From Octopus sinensis (taxonomy: Eukaryota): a DNA stretch of 64,000 nt. The notes beneath the pieces are model-generated. The model was not told the origin of the DNA, did no database searches, and saw nothing but the letters and a program-made list of their open reading frames with translations. Both the position numbers and the translations under genes were made by a program. The DNA lies in assembly GCF_006345805.1 (NCBI RefSeq), contig NC_043001.1, positions 26,350,001 to 26,414,000 of the forward strand. The letters are read 5' to 3'. Of this stretch, positions 1 to 13,087 are shown in pieces; the first letter of the stretch is position 1; each line of letters opens with the position of its first letter.

Positions 1-42
1 ATCTTGAGGTGTTTTAGGGGAGGAATTGAAAATAAAAATTTC

Positions 43-445
43 ATCATCATTTTAATGTCCACTTTTCCTTGCTTGCATGAGTCAGATGGGAATTTGTTGA
101 GGCACATGTTTTAATGCCTGGATGCCTTCTTCCTGTCACCAACTCCCACCTGTTTCCAAGCAAAGTAATATTTCCAAGGACCAGACACATTTTTCACAGA
201 AGACTGGAAACAAACAACATTGCTTGTTTACAACCATGATGTGATGTTAAGAGAAGGGTACACAAATACACGCGCACACACAGTTATATACATATGACAA
301 ACTTCTCTGTCTACTAATTCCACTCACAAATCTTTGGTCAGCATCCAACACTTTAGCAGAAGACATTTACACATGTGCTGCACTGTGGGACTAACCCAGG
401 ATCACATAGATGGAAAGCAAGCATCTCGATCACATAGCCATATCT
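43..445 (-). mobile_element. Decayed tRNA-headed SINE (family A head/core) ending in an RTE-type (GAT)n tail (variant A2)
   Basis: Reverse complement has the family A head/core (cf. 58636-58800) and a 3' end ...catgcaagcaaggaaaagtggacattaaaatgatgatg like the RTE tails in this window. Confidence 0.7.
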
Positions 446-2105
446 TCCCCTTCATGCAGTTATGCTTTGTTTTAATAATGAATTTGAAATAGTAACATAG
501 AATATGTAAGCCATAATCACAAATATTTAATAGCTAAATATGATTATCCATAATCTAGTCTTTTAGACTATACCTTATATACACAACATTTCTATACATG
601 AAAAAAAAAAGAACAAATTTTCATTTATGATAGATTGATTAGCATTTAGTAAACCTCAAAAGTTCTTTCCTAAGAACAAGTCTGTTGAACAAGTTAAAAA
701 TTATCAAACAAGGTACTTCAAAATAGTCAGTCAGTAAAATTATATGATATACTGTTTACAATTCCAGCATTCCAAAAAGGCCATTTGTTGGCTAATACTT
801 CTTGGTGATTTTGCAAAGTAATTTTCTTGTTATAATTATAATTAATTAGAAAGCCATTGATGTCAGTCTGTGGAATGTATTGTGAAATGTCTTAAATATT
901 TTTATGCCTTGTTTGAGATACTTGGACATGGAACCAGAAATTTCTACAGAAAGAAAGCTCATTCAGGGATTTTTGCTTTTTTTAAAGACTTAAAGCTTGA
1001 AATTGAAACTAGGTTAAAAACTCAACTTAGAAATAATACTTCTTGATTAAAAACAAAATTGATTAGTTAACTTAAAATTGTGTTGCTACAGCTAGTATAA
1101 TTATCAAACACTTAGATCTGAATTTGATTTTGTCTTCGACATTTTTGAAGTTAGTTTTTCTCCACAAGCTATTTTTCCAGTAGCCGGTTTCATGATGGAC
1201 AATACATATTTGCCTTTATAAAACTCTACAAGACTGGGGAGTAAGAATATGTAGGTGCAGTTATTGGTCAATTTAAATTTCAAATTAGTAGCCACAGAGA
1301 AATTACAGTTCAAGGGAAGATGGGTTTAACAAGTATTCAAAATGAAATCAAAATAAGGAACTGCATGCAAGAGTTTGGAGAGACAAATTCATATTGGAAT
1401 GAAACTAATCTTGTGTACATCTTTTGTTCTCTGTCTAACACAGAAATCAATATTATCTTTAGATTTGCCAGGAAATATAACAGAAAATACAGACACAGTT
1501 CTCCTGCTTGATTCTTTAAAAAAATTTTTTTTTGAAAACGCATACAAATAAAGAAAATATTAAATATTGCTAATCAGAGAATTATGAAGGAAACACAATA
1601 AGAATGAGCAAATATGGTGTAATAGTTTCAATAGTGAATTAAATAAGAAAATTTGAGAGAGTAAAGTCCAGTGCAACAACAAAAGCAGATACATAATGTA
1701 GAACCTCTGTTTTATGATTTTGTTAGGGCCTCTGAGATTGGAGAGAGGAAGGGAGAAAATTATCCTTAGGCCATAGATCTGGTCAAATGCTTATAATGAA
1801 GTAGACTTTGTAAAGGCACACAAAGAGCCAGAGTTAAGCCAGGCAAGAACAGGAACAATCTCTACAACAGTTTTCCACATAATTTCTGTCAATCAAATTT
1901 CATTCACATAGTTTTGATCAACCTGAGATTACAGTAGAAGATAGTTGCCCATGGTTTTGTACATCAGGGTTAACCTCATACAGTTGAAAAGCAAACTTCT
2001 AAACCACACTGCCATACCTGCATCCAGACCAAAGCGTGAAAGCTTAGCATAAAAGAGAGATGTTTCCAACAGTGAAAACATTATTCATTCTCTCTCTCTC
2101 TCCCC

Positions 2106-2106
<1 letters not shown>

Positions 2107-2160
<54 letters not shown>
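2107..2160. repeat. (TA)n microsatellite
   Basis: Direct reading. Confidence 0.95.
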
Positions 2161-2164
<4 letters not shown>

Positions 2165-2365
2165 ACAAAATGTATGCACACTGCTATATATATATATATA
2201 TATAGAAGGAGCTTCTACAGGACTAGAACTGTTTCATTCAAGAGAAATCTTCAGGAAGCTCCTGAAGATTTCTCTTGAATGAAACAGTTCTAGTCCTGTA
2301 GAAGCTCCTTCTATATATATATATATTATATATATATATAGCAGTGTGCATACATTTTGTTCTCT
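2160..2365. repeat. Near-perfect palindrome, ~100-bp arms, 3-nt loop (AGC at 2257-2259)
   Basis: agagaacaaaatgtatgcacactgc(ta)n gaaggagc...cttcagga is the exact reverse complement of tcctgaag...gctccttc(ta)n gcagtgtgcatacattttgttctct except for the TA run. Confidence 0.97.
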
Positions 2366-2366
2366 T

Positions 2367-2527
2367 ATATATGATACAAAGAAAACAAGGACGGGTCATT
2401 TGAAGTTTTCTATCTTCAGTCAAGAACCAGATTATCCTTGCAATTTCCACTTGCAAGGATAATCTGGTTCTTGACTGAAGATAGAAAACTTCGAATGACC
2501 CGTCCTTGTTTTCTTTGTATCATATAT
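2367..2527. repeat. Second near-perfect palindrome, 77-bp arms, 7-nt loop (2444-2450), one T/G mismatch
   Basis: atatatgatacaaag...ccttgcaa / ttgcaagg...ctttgtatcatatat. Confidence 0.97.
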
Positions 2528-3008
2528 CTGGATGTTTTGTTGTCCCTTTTTCTATCACCTAGTTGTCCGGATGTTTTGCATTCTTGTCCCATTTTGTATT
2601 ATATATATATATAAAATGGAGAAAAAAGACAAGAAAAAAACAATGTGAAGATGTGGTACATGCAAAGTATAAATAAGACGCTCAGGGAAGGAAAGAAAGG
2701 ATGTTTTACATTTCAAGCAAACCTCTTCTTTGGAAACAGGTGACAGATGAAAGTCCAAAAGAAAAGATGGAGGAAAAAAATTGCCAACAATCCACATGTA
2801 GCTACATATATATACGTGTGTGTGTGTGTGTATGAGAAAGAGAGGGGGGAGAAAGAGAGACTGTCCAATCCATGCCAGCATAGAAAGCAGACATTAAATG
2901 ATGATCATTATATATATAATCATTTAACATCCATCTTCCATGCTAACATGGATCAGAAATTTTATATAAATATATATATCAGCATGAAGATAGATAGACA
3001 GACAAACA

Positions 3009-3047
<39 letters not shown>

Positions 3048-3490
3048 CTGTTGCAAATGGAATAAAATAGTAAAACATTAATGAAAATATATGTAGAGAA
3101 TTATAATCAGATGGGCTGCCATAAGTTAAAACCATTAAACGGTGTACTTAGAAAGTCAATTGGTAAAATGTATAACTTTGATAGCATCACTAGCAGGTGG
3201 AATTCCTGTTTACAGTTAGATCTTCATCTGTTTTTCGAATATTGGTTGAACTAGTGTAAGTATATCTAACTGACATACAAAACTACACATTTAATCTAAG
3301 AAAGATATGTTTCACCAAGTGAAATCCAAGATACCTGCAATAATAATGGAGAAAAAATTTGTCCGATGCTTATTAAATAGTATTAGTATTAGTGTAATAC
3401 TACCATTTATATTATTAGTATTAATCAGATGACTACAACAAGCTTTCCATCAAAAGCATTCCAGTCATCTCTGCTTTGCTGTTTTACATA

Positions 3491-3722
3491 TCTCTTTTAC
3501 TCTTTTTTTTTTTTTTACTTGTTTTAGTCATTTGACTGCGGCCATGGAGCACTGCCTTTAATCGAGCAACTCGAACCCGGGACTTATTCTTTTGTAAGCC
3601 CAGTACTTATTCTATCGGTCTCTTTTGCCAAACCACTAAGTAACGGGGATGTAAACACACCAGCATTGGTTGTCAAGTGATGTTGGGGGGGACAAACACA
3701 GACAGACAAACACTCACACACG

Positions 3723-3762
<40 letters not shown>

Positions 3763-3933
3763 CAAATACCCGACAGGCTTCTATCAGTTTCCATCTACCA
3801 AATCCACTCACAAGGCTTTGGTCGGCCTAAGGCTATAGTAGAAGACACTTGCCTAAGGTGCCACGCAGTGGGACTGAACCCGGAACCATGTGGTTGGTAA
3901 ACAAGCTACTTACCACACAGCCACTCCTGCGCC
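3491..3933 (-). mobile_element. SINE family A, full length (tRNA-like head, central domain, internal TA/CA microsatellite, GTAAAAGA-type tail)
   Basis: Reverse complement starts ggcgcaggagtggctgtgtggtaagtagc; near-identical to copies at 17633, 42874, 58636. Confidence 0.9.
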
Positions 3934-5461
3934 TATATTCACACATTATATTGTCTAATGTGACCTTCATTTTCTAAGACATGAGGTGAAGATTTTGCTA
4001 TTATTTCTAGTAGGCCATGTGGCCACATATAGTCTAGTCTTCTCGTTGGGTCTCTGTTGAAGCTATTGATGATAAGAGTAGTGACAGTGAGAGCCAAGGA
4101 TAATCAATCTAATACAAAAGCATCACCTAATGGCTTTATAATATGTTTGTATAATCGATGATTGTTGTTACTGACTCATTTCAAATTGACTTAGGTTAAA
4201 TTGACTAATGACATTAAGATAGCCATTGCAGATAAGTTTTTTTTTAATCAGTATGCCCTTGTAATCATCCCATCATTGTTAAAAGCATACTTTCCTAAGT
4301 TATTTGACATCCAGTCTAAAAATCCAGTGTATTTTGTCAAGTAAGATTTAATTAGCACTCGATTCTTCAGCAAGTCAAAAAAAAATATTATATTTATATA
4401 GCAATTCCTTTACTGGTTCGATATAATTGATATGGATAAAAATAGTGAAAGTATTAACTTTTCTAATTTTGGAAAATATATTTTTAAAATGTTGATTTAT
4501 TTTAGCTAAATTTAGACTGGTTTGTAGAACTATATAATTCTCTTTATAAATATCAAAAATGAAATACATTAATTTTGCAGTTTAAAAAAAATTTAAATAC
4601 TTTGCATTTTTTAATATAAATTTATTTTTAATATTATTTATTTTCCTTTGTTTTATTTATATTAGCTCAATGTTATTATCATTAAAATAGTTATAATTTG
4701 CATTTATCTTTTACTCTCAATGTCTCGAAAATCACTATCCTAAGATGTAATCTTGAAATTTAATTCTACTGAAATGAAATAGCAATTTCTTTCTGTTTTA
4801 CATAAAAAAAGAAAAGAAAAGAAAAGAAAGAAAATAACATACTCCAAGGGAAAATTTAGAGACAAGTAGATATTATCTAAGAGAATTCAGCTTAATTGCA
4901 ATGATTATCTAAAGATGCTGTACTACAGACTGATTAAGATATATGAAAAACAGATATAAACTGTTATTAGAAAGATAAAGAAAAAATTTTTAAAAAAGGG
5001 AAAAATTACTTAAATTTTTCTATTGTTTCTTATATTAACACTAGAAATGTAAACATGAAAAAGATAAAAAGCATATGAAGGAAGAAAACCACTGCTAACA
5101 CTAGTTTTTATGCATTTAGTACATTAGGTATAAAGAGGATGCAAAGAATTAAAAGCTATAATTTACAATAACTATATTTACTATAATGGGATATAAAAGT
5201 TTTGTGTGACATGTTTGTAGCTTCTCAGCAGGAGAGTATAATTTATGTCTCTAAAATGCACAGACACTGCTATTCCCTTTTTCCAATCATAATAAATCAT
5301 ATATATATATATATATATATAATTCAGTATGCCTATGTTGTTTAGAAATTTGTTTTCCAACCACGTCCCACTGCACCTTGGGTGAGCGTGTTCCACTATA
5401 GCTCCAGGCTAGCCAATGCTTTATAAGTGAATTTGGTAGGTGGAAGTTGTATAGTAGCCAA

Positions 5462-5499
<38 letters not shown>

Positions 5500-5552
5500 G
5501 GTGTGGTGAATAAATTATCATCTAAATTATGCAAAAAATGAAAACACTGACA

Positions 5553-6482
5553 TCTCATTTAGTGCTTTTTTCGTGCCACAGGCACACGAGCCAGTCATGG
5601 GGTACTGGCATTGGCCATGTTCAAATGGTGCTTTTTACATGCCACCATCACAGGAGTCAGTCAGGTGGACCTGGCATCAACAATGTTCAGATGACGCTTT
5701 TTATGTGCCACCAGCATTGAACCAGTCAAGGGACAAAGCCATCAACCACATTTGAATGATGCATTTTATGTGTCACTGGAATGGGAGCCAGTTAGGGGGC
5801 ACTGGCCACAGATACGATTTTGGTTTTACTTGATTCAACAGGTCTTCTCAAGCATATTATATCATCCAATGCATCAAGGGTACTCTTAAATGGGCCAGAC
5901 ATGCAACAGTGGCATCAGCTATGGCTGCAATCTCACTTTAGTTGCAGGGTCTTCTCAATCAATAATGGTCTAGGTCTCCTGTCATTGCCTCTATCAGGCC
6001 CAATATTCGAAGGTCATGCTTCACCACCTCATCCACAGGTTCCTTCTACAGTTAGGGCGTGGCACTTCCTCACACAGCTCATCCATACATAATACATGAC
6101 CATACCAGCGCAGTTGTCTCTCTTGCACACCACATTTGCTGCTTCTTATGTCCAACTTTTCTCTTGGGGCTCTCACACTCTGTCATGTATGCACACTGAC
6201 ATTACACATCCAGCAAATCATACTAGCTTCATTTCTTTCAAGCCTATGCATGTCCTCAGCAGTCATGGCTCATGTTTCACTGCTGTGTAGCATGACAGTT
6301 TGCACACATGAATCATACACTCTACCTTTCATCCCATGCGAGAGGCCCTTAGTTGCCAGCAGAGGTACGAACTCCCTGAACTTTGCTCAGGCTATTCTTA
6401 TTCTAGCCACTACACTCTCAGAGCAACCACCCCCACTACAGACTTGGTCACCTAGGTAGTAGAAGCTATCAACTACCCGGTG
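5553..6482 (-). mobile_element. Decayed RTE-clade LINE fragment (RT C-terminus plus modular 3' UTR)
   Basis: Reverse complement encodes remnants VDSFYYLGDQV...RIRIA, homologous to the 59895-61190 frame; 3' UTR modules at 5560-5810. Confidence 0.85.
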
Positions 6483-6509
6483 TAAGCTACAGGTAGACAT
6501 AAAAGGCGC

Positions 6510-6784
6510 AGCAGTATCAAAGGAAGGTTAACCGGGAAGATAGCTTTTGTGTGGCAGATGCACAGGGGCAATAAACACAGAAAACAGATTCCACCACATG
6601 CCAAGGAGAAAAACTAGAAATAGTTGATAGCTTCTGCTACCTAGGCAACCAAGTCTGTAGTGGGGGTGGTTGCTCTGAAAGTGTAGTGGATAGAATAAGA
6701 ATAGCCTGGGCAAAGTTCAGGAAGCTCCTACCTCTGCTGGCAACCAAAGGCCTCTCCCTTAGGATGAAAGGTAAACTGTATGAT
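6510..6784 (+). mobile_element. RTE LINE RT fragment, inverted relative to the adjacent copy
   Basis: KGRLTGKIAF...RIRIAWAKFRKLLPLLATKGLSLRMKGKLYD, matches the young RTE ORF. Confidence 0.88.
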
Positions 6785-6789
6785 GTGTA

Positions 6790-7080
6790 CATATGTGTGA
6801 ATGTGCATGTGTATCTTTATATTTGTGTTTGTCCATCATCACCACCACCACTACCACCACCACCACCACCACCACCACCACCACCACCATCATTATCTCT
6901 TGACAACCAGTGTTGGTTTGTTAATGTTTCTGTAACTTAGCAGTTCAGAAAAAGAGACAGATTGAATCAGAACCAGACTTAAAAAATAAATACTGGGGTT
7001 GATTTGCTTGACTAACCCTTCAAGGCAGTGCCCCAGCATGGCCACAATTCAATGACTAAAACAAATAAAAGATAAAAGAA
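6790..7080 (+). mobile_element. SINE family A 3' half with expanded (CCA)n tract
   Basis: ttgacaaccagtgttggtttg...ccccagcatggccacaattcaatgactaaaacaaataaaaga; (CCA)n at ~6838-6890. Confidence 0.75.
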
Positions 7081-7357
7081 ACGCAGTTATTGACAACCTT
7101 TTAGCTCACTCGTTAATTCTCTCACTTTTCTTCAATTATAAAAAACATACCATTATTCAAAAATTTTTTTCAATCTCTTGTATACGAGAGAACTAAACTT
7201 GGATACTGGTTTATAAAACAAATACCATGTATTTAAATTACAGTTTATTATAATTATATTACTGAATTTATTAAATAGAGCATATGTAGCACCCACTAAA
7301 TTCATGTTACTAATATACTTACCATTAACAAACAAAATCTTTACTATAATGTATAAT

Positions 7358-7543
7358 GTAAAAAGCACCCACAACACTCATGGAGTGGTTGGCGTTAGGA
7401 AGGGCATCCAGCTGTAGAAACACTACCACATCAGACTGGAGCCTAGTGCAGCCTCTTGGCTTCCTAGACCCCAGTCGAACTATCCAACACATGCTAGCAT
7501 GGAAAACGGACGTTAAATGATGACGATGATGATGATGATGATG
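7358..7543 (+). mobile_element. RTE LINE 3' end (heavily 5'-truncated)
   Basis: aaaagcaccc...gagtggttggcgttaggaagggcatccagc...catgctagcatggaaaacggacgttaaa(tga)n, same as the terminus of 59657-61190. Confidence 0.88.
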
Positions 7544-8231
7544 TATGTGTTTCAAATAATTACATCTCAAAATATACATCTTTACTTCTATCTATGAGTA
7601 AAAATTCTTGGTGCTCCTCTGTAGGGCTAACACAGTTCTTTTCTTCCTTACAAATATTTTTTCTATGACCAATAGAAATGGAAATCAACACAATCAAACT
7701 CTGAAATATTTTTTCAAAACTTAGGTTTAAAGCCTGTAGATGCAATCTTGCCAAGTATACAACTGAGATAAATATAAAAAAGAAAAATTAATTAAATATT
7801 TTACCAATAAAGAAACCCACACTCAGACAATTATATTTTCATAAGACTAAAACATTTTTTTTTATTCAAATATATTTTCAATTCCAACATGTTTCAATTA
7901 TGGTCCTGTAATTCCATTCATTATTATTCACTCCATTTTGATTAGATCAATAAGATCCAGCTTATATTAAGCAGAGAAAACTTACATTAAGAAAGGCTAT
8001 ATAACAAACACAGACATTAAATCTGTTTGCAAAAGAGATTTAAGCAGTTATAATTCCATCCATCTTGTACATAAATAACACTTGTAGCATAAGGAGGTAT
8101 TAAACATGTACTAGATAGTTCAACTGATCTCAAAGAGTTTCATAAATTATTAGCATTATATTATTGAATGTTTGAATCTATTTTGCTGGGAGGAAGGTAC
8201 TAGATTTACATGGATTAAAGACTATGTAAGC

Positions 8232-8446
8232 ATTGGTTTCAAATATTGGCATGAGGCCTGCAATTTCAGGGAAGGGACTAAGTCAATTACATCAACTCCA
8301 GTGCACAACTGGTACATATTTTATTGACTTTGAAAGGATGAAAGGCAAAGTCAACCTTGGCAGGGATTGAAATCAGAACATTAACATAGATGGAATGTCA
8401 CTAAGCATTTTGCCCAGCATGCTAATGATTCTGCCAGCTCACCACC
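8232..8446 (-). mobile_element. SINE family C (tRNA-like head ggtggtgagctggcagaatc; central ...ctttcatcctttc...gtaccag domain)
   Basis: Reverse complement aligns with 25416-25623. Confidence 0.75.
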
Positions 8447-8488
8447 TTAAAAGACTATGTAAATGTTTTTATGTAAACTGTACCTTCT

Positions 8489-8783
8489 ATCGAGGTCGTT
8501 GCCAGTGCCGCTGGACTGGCTCCTGTGCATATGGCACATAAAAAACACCATTTGAGCGTGGCCGTTGCCAGTACCACCTGACTGGCCCCTGTGCCGGTGG
8601 CACGCACGGAAAAGCACCCACTACACTCTCAGAGTGGTTGGCGTTAGGAAAGGCATCCAGCTGTAGAAACTCTGCCAGATCAAGATTGGAGCCTGGTGCA
8701 GCCATCTGGTTCACTAGTCCTCAGTCAAATCGTCCAACCCATGCTGGCATGGAAAGCAGATGTTAAACGATGATGATGATGAT
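8489..8783 (+). mobile_element. RTE LINE 3' end with 3' UTR modules
   Basis: Module repeats followed by the conserved tail and (GAT)n. Confidence 0.88.
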
Positions 8784-9534
8784 ACAGTGATACATCACTA
8801 TATATCACATACAACGTATACACTAAATAGTTTATAAATGGATGACCATACCAACAACAAGCATGAAATGTAATACAACTGTATAATTTAATATAATTAT
8901 TTATATATTGAAAATAAAATATCATTTCCCTTATTTATTTTTTTATTTTTTTATTTTTTACTTTTTCAGTACAAGATAAATAACTCAATACTGGTAAAAA
9001 TTAATGCCAGTTATTTATAAAATATTTGTTTATTACTATCTTTGAATTTTGCATTCAGATATTCATTTTACCATACCACTTCCTAAAAAGATAAATTTGC
9101 TTTAGAAATAGAATTCAAACATTCTGAAATATAAAATGTAAATAAAGTATTTTAAAAGTGGCTTTCAAATATCTTTCCCATAAAGCTAAATAGTTCCAAC
9201 AACCAAATAAAACTTTCAATCTAAATTCTGATTTAAAAGGCAAAAAAAGCTATGAATATATTTATTATCAATTAAACAATTAACATTCAAGAGGATGTAA
9301 TGGGTATATTATATTATCTTCACAATAAAATCTCTAGGGTATTTGGGTAAAGAAAGCATAATAAATAAATATAATTTACTAATGAAGCATTACATTTTGG
9401 GAAGTAGATTTATCACCACATCTGATTGACTTTCATTTTGATATTGATTTCTTATAAAGGCACAGAATCTCAGATTTACAGAGGAGTATAAAATAAAACT
9501 TCAATGATCAGAAATAAAAATAAATTGCAAGGGC

Positions 9535-9782
9535 ATGAATGTGTGTGTGTGTATATGTATGTGGTTGTATTAATGTCTCCTTATCTTGACATTGAATGGT
9601 TAGTTGTAAACGAGTGTCACCGTTATACAAGTGATGTCCTTTGTTTCCAGTCTCCCATGACAACATACCTCGCTATGGTGAAACATTACCTTACTTGGGA
9701 ACAAGTGAAACTAAATGGCAAGAAGGGCAATGAATTCTGACTGACCCATGGCAAATTGAGCATTAAGACAATGATGATGATA
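9535..9782 (+). mobile_element. SINE A2 3' half (RTE-type tail), decayed
   Basis: Similar to 24190-24414 and the reverse complement of 43-260. Confidence 0.6.
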
Positions 9783-11134
9783 TCCAATGACTTAATCATT
9801 GGATATGCCTCATTACAAAGAATAATGACTTAATCACTATTCTTTGTTAAGAGGTAGCAAAAGGAAGAACACTTTCTTGGACACTTCCATGCTTTGTCTT
9901 ATCCTAATAAAGAAAAGGTTGCAAATCTTTTATTATCTACCTATCCATTCAAATACAAATGATATCTAGCTCCTTGAAAAACCTTCAGATATTTAATGTC
10001 CTTTAATTGCTATTCCTTCTATGCTTGTTGTTTGTGTCTGCTATGTTACGAAATTTGAAATATCTTCAAATGGATAATATCAATTTAAAGTTGATTGAGT
10101 TTACATTTTTATGTAATCTTTAGTTATAGGAAATATTAAATACCAAACTCTGTAAGACAACATACATTTTTTCAAACAGTCTCTACAAGTCATTTGAACT
10201 ATTATTATTATTGTTGTTGTTGTCATTATCATTATTCTACCAGCAATTAAATGACAGTTAGAATCAATTAGCTGATTCACATTTTCAACATATCTTTTGT
10301 GTCTACTGAATAAAGGAGACTGGCATTTTAAGAGGAAGTGATTCACCTTTATGTGAAACAGGTCTTTAAGGAGAGGAAATATACTTGAAAGCAAAACTTA
10401 AGTAAAAGACTTGACTAATAATATACTTCTAAATACCAGGGAAGTTGTTGCTACCATTTGTTTATTTTAGTAGGAAAATCAATAATAAATAAAGGGGGAA
10501 ATAAAATGAATATCAAAACTCAAAGAATTTCTGAGTGCACAACTTTTTATTTATTTCAACAAACTACTTGTATCCCTCTAAGCACTAACTATAAGCATCT
10601 ATATAGTTATTTTAAAACCCATTGTGTTTCTACTAAAGTCTTCAATTCTCAATGAAAAGTTTTCAGCTGAGCCAGTACAGACAAGATACTCTCCAATAAC
10701 AACGAACATTGAACCTGTTCACGTTTATCTTGAGTTGATCTTGTTTAAATACCTATAGAGTGGGGATTTTTAAACTTTTTTATTTTACATCAAGCACTTG
10801 TTCTCTTCATGTTCAACCCTAGGTCAGATCTAACTGTGAAAACGTATAATTACAGACATTCCAGCCATGACTATTCTGTTTTTCCTGGATACAGTGTACC
10901 TGTATACCTGGGGCCACATTGTCAATGTCTCACTTTCCTTTTTTTTTTCCTAAGATGGTGTGTTTCCAAGGAGATTTTCATACTATATCAAACAGGTCCA
11001 TAGAGGAGTCCTAATATAAATGCTCTAGCCAACTACAGCCTCTGGGCCACAAAAATATTGTATCCTCTCTACAACTTTTATGCTGCTACAACAGATGTCT
11101 CTGGTATCTTTATATAACTGGCTATCTTTATATT

Positions 11135-11346
11135 GGTTTCAAGTTTTGGCATAAGGCCAGTAATTCTGAGGAAGGGGTAAGTTAATTATATCAACCCCAG
11201 TGCTCAAATGGTATTTATTTTATCAACTTCAAAGAGATGAAGGGTAAAGTGGATCCCGGTGGCATTTGAACTTGGAATGTAAAGTTGGACAAAATACTGC
11301 TAAGCATTTTGCCCAGTGTGCTAACAATTCTGCCAGCTCACTGCCA
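11135..11346 (-). mobile_element. SINE family C
   Basis: Aligns with 8232-8446 and 25416-25623. Confidence 0.72.
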
Positions 11347-11844
11347 TGACTACCTTTATACTAACTTTTCACCAATCTTTCCAATCTAGAATGTCAATCT
11401 TCTGAAACATTCTCTTTGCTCCTGTTTCTCTTGCAACCATTGCCTTCAATAGTTCTGGGAGCCCCATAAAATCTCAAATGTTAACTACTTAACATTTCAG
11501 ATTGTACTTGTTTATCAGTTCATTATTTACTGTTTTATATGATTGCAGTTTTTTATTAACAATATTTATTTTTATCAAGTAGGATTTTAAAACCCTTTCT
11601 AAGTATTTGTTTTTATTATCTCCAACCTAAATTTATCTCTAACCTAAATTTAGATTTCATAGATAAATTAAATACAAACATAGTTTAATATTTTTAGATT
11701 AAAATATTTGAGTTAAAATAGTTCTAATTTAAGCAAATGTGAAAAATAAAAAGAAAATACAGCAATTATGAATAATAACCATATGTTAATAGAAATTTGA
11801 TATTATAACAAGTATTTTGTAGGAAATGTAATTCATTGGGCATG

Positions 11845-12226
11845 GATACAGGCATAGCTGTATGGTTAAGAATTTCTATACATGGTTCTGAGTTCAATCC
11901 ATCTACATGGTGCTTTGGAGCATTTTCTGCTGTAATTTTGGGTCAACAATATATTGTGAGCAAAATTTGGTAGATGGAAATTGTTTGGAAGCCAACTGAA
12001 TAAGTGTGTGTGTGCATGCGCACGTGTGTGTGTGCACACGTGCGTACGTGTGTGAATCAGTGGTATTTGGTTTTGCTCTAGTTTTCTTTTATGCCCAGTT
12101 AACTTTACTCTTCCTCGGCTAAAGTAAGTAAAATAAGTATCTGGGTCAATATAATCAACTAAAACCTTTGACTACGATATCCCAGGATGGTTGTAGTCCA
12201 ATAACTGAAACCAATAAAAGAATAAA
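11845..12226 (+). mobile_element. SINE family A, decayed
   Basis: Degenerate head, core, internal (TG)n and tail in the same order as intact copies. Confidence 0.65.
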
Positions 12227-12364
12227 TGAAACCGATGTTTATTCTAATGAATGCATATGTGTGATTTCTTGCAAGGAAATGTGATATCCTAACAGTTAAC
12301 TGCAGAAGGTTTTCTCATAACAGATCCAAAAATTTATTGGAAATCTCATGTACAGCAATTACAT

Positions 12365-12722
12365 TATCATTATCATCATCTCCATCATCACCACTATTAT
12401 CATCATCATTTAACATCAGTTTTCTATGCTGGAATGGATTGGATGATTCAACAAGAGCTGGCGAGCTAGTGGACTGCACCAAGCTTCACTGTCTGTTTTG
12501 GCATAGTTTCTATGGTTAGATGCTCTTCCTAATGCCAACCACTTTACAGAGTGTACCAGATGCATTATATTATATGGCACCAAGTAACTTACAAGATAAG
12601 ACCCCTTCAAATGAATGGGGAGCAGTACTGCCGGCAGTGGATTTGTGCCTGGTAATGAGAGGTTAAAGTACGATAGAGGGACAGGAATGGGTGTCTCACT
12701 GCAGAGGAGATACATGGTTACC
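12365..12722 (-). mobile_element. Old element with RTE-type 3' tail and pyrimidine-rich body
   Basis: (CAT)n plus ...gatgctcttcctaatgccaacc tail; body motif gaggagatacatggttacc shared with gagaagatatatggttacc at ~42210. Confidence 0.6.
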
Positions 12723-12972
12723 CCAGAAGGTTATCACATCAGATAGTACTTAACCATTAACACACCACTTTTATTGTTAGATTTCAGGAACAGATTCAAT
12801 AGGTTAAAATTAATATTTTACCAATCCACCCATTGTATCAATGACAAAATATAAAATTTCAGAGCCATATTTTCTAACACTTACTTTTGTAATATAGCTG
12901 TTATGAAAAAAATTTTTTAACCAATTTTGATCACTCATTTGTATTTAAGCTATTTATAATTCCAAGAATTAT

Positions 12973-13087
12973 ATATTGAATATAAAGGTGGATATTGGAT
13001 TGATAAAATATTGAATATAAAGGTGGATATTGAATTGATAAAATATGCACAAAAGGTGGATATTAGATTGATAAAATATGCACAAAA
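12973..13087. repeat. Minisatellite, ~33-34-bp unit (aaaggtggatattggattgataaaatat...) x~3
   Basis: Three visible copies of aggtggatatt..attgataaaatat. Confidence 0.85.

Noticed and set aside
650-712. Candidate plus-strand 63-nt exon (KPQKFFPKNKSVEQVKNYQT), and similar candidates at ~3197-3256 and ~26270-26312
   Set aside because: Moderate splice signals only, no recognisable homology, cannot be chained
3584-3900. Recurrent ORFs such as MSGFGR.../MSSDVGG.../MFQSFDCGHAG... at many loci
   Set aside because: They lie within copies of SINE family A; recurrence reflects the repeat, not a gene family
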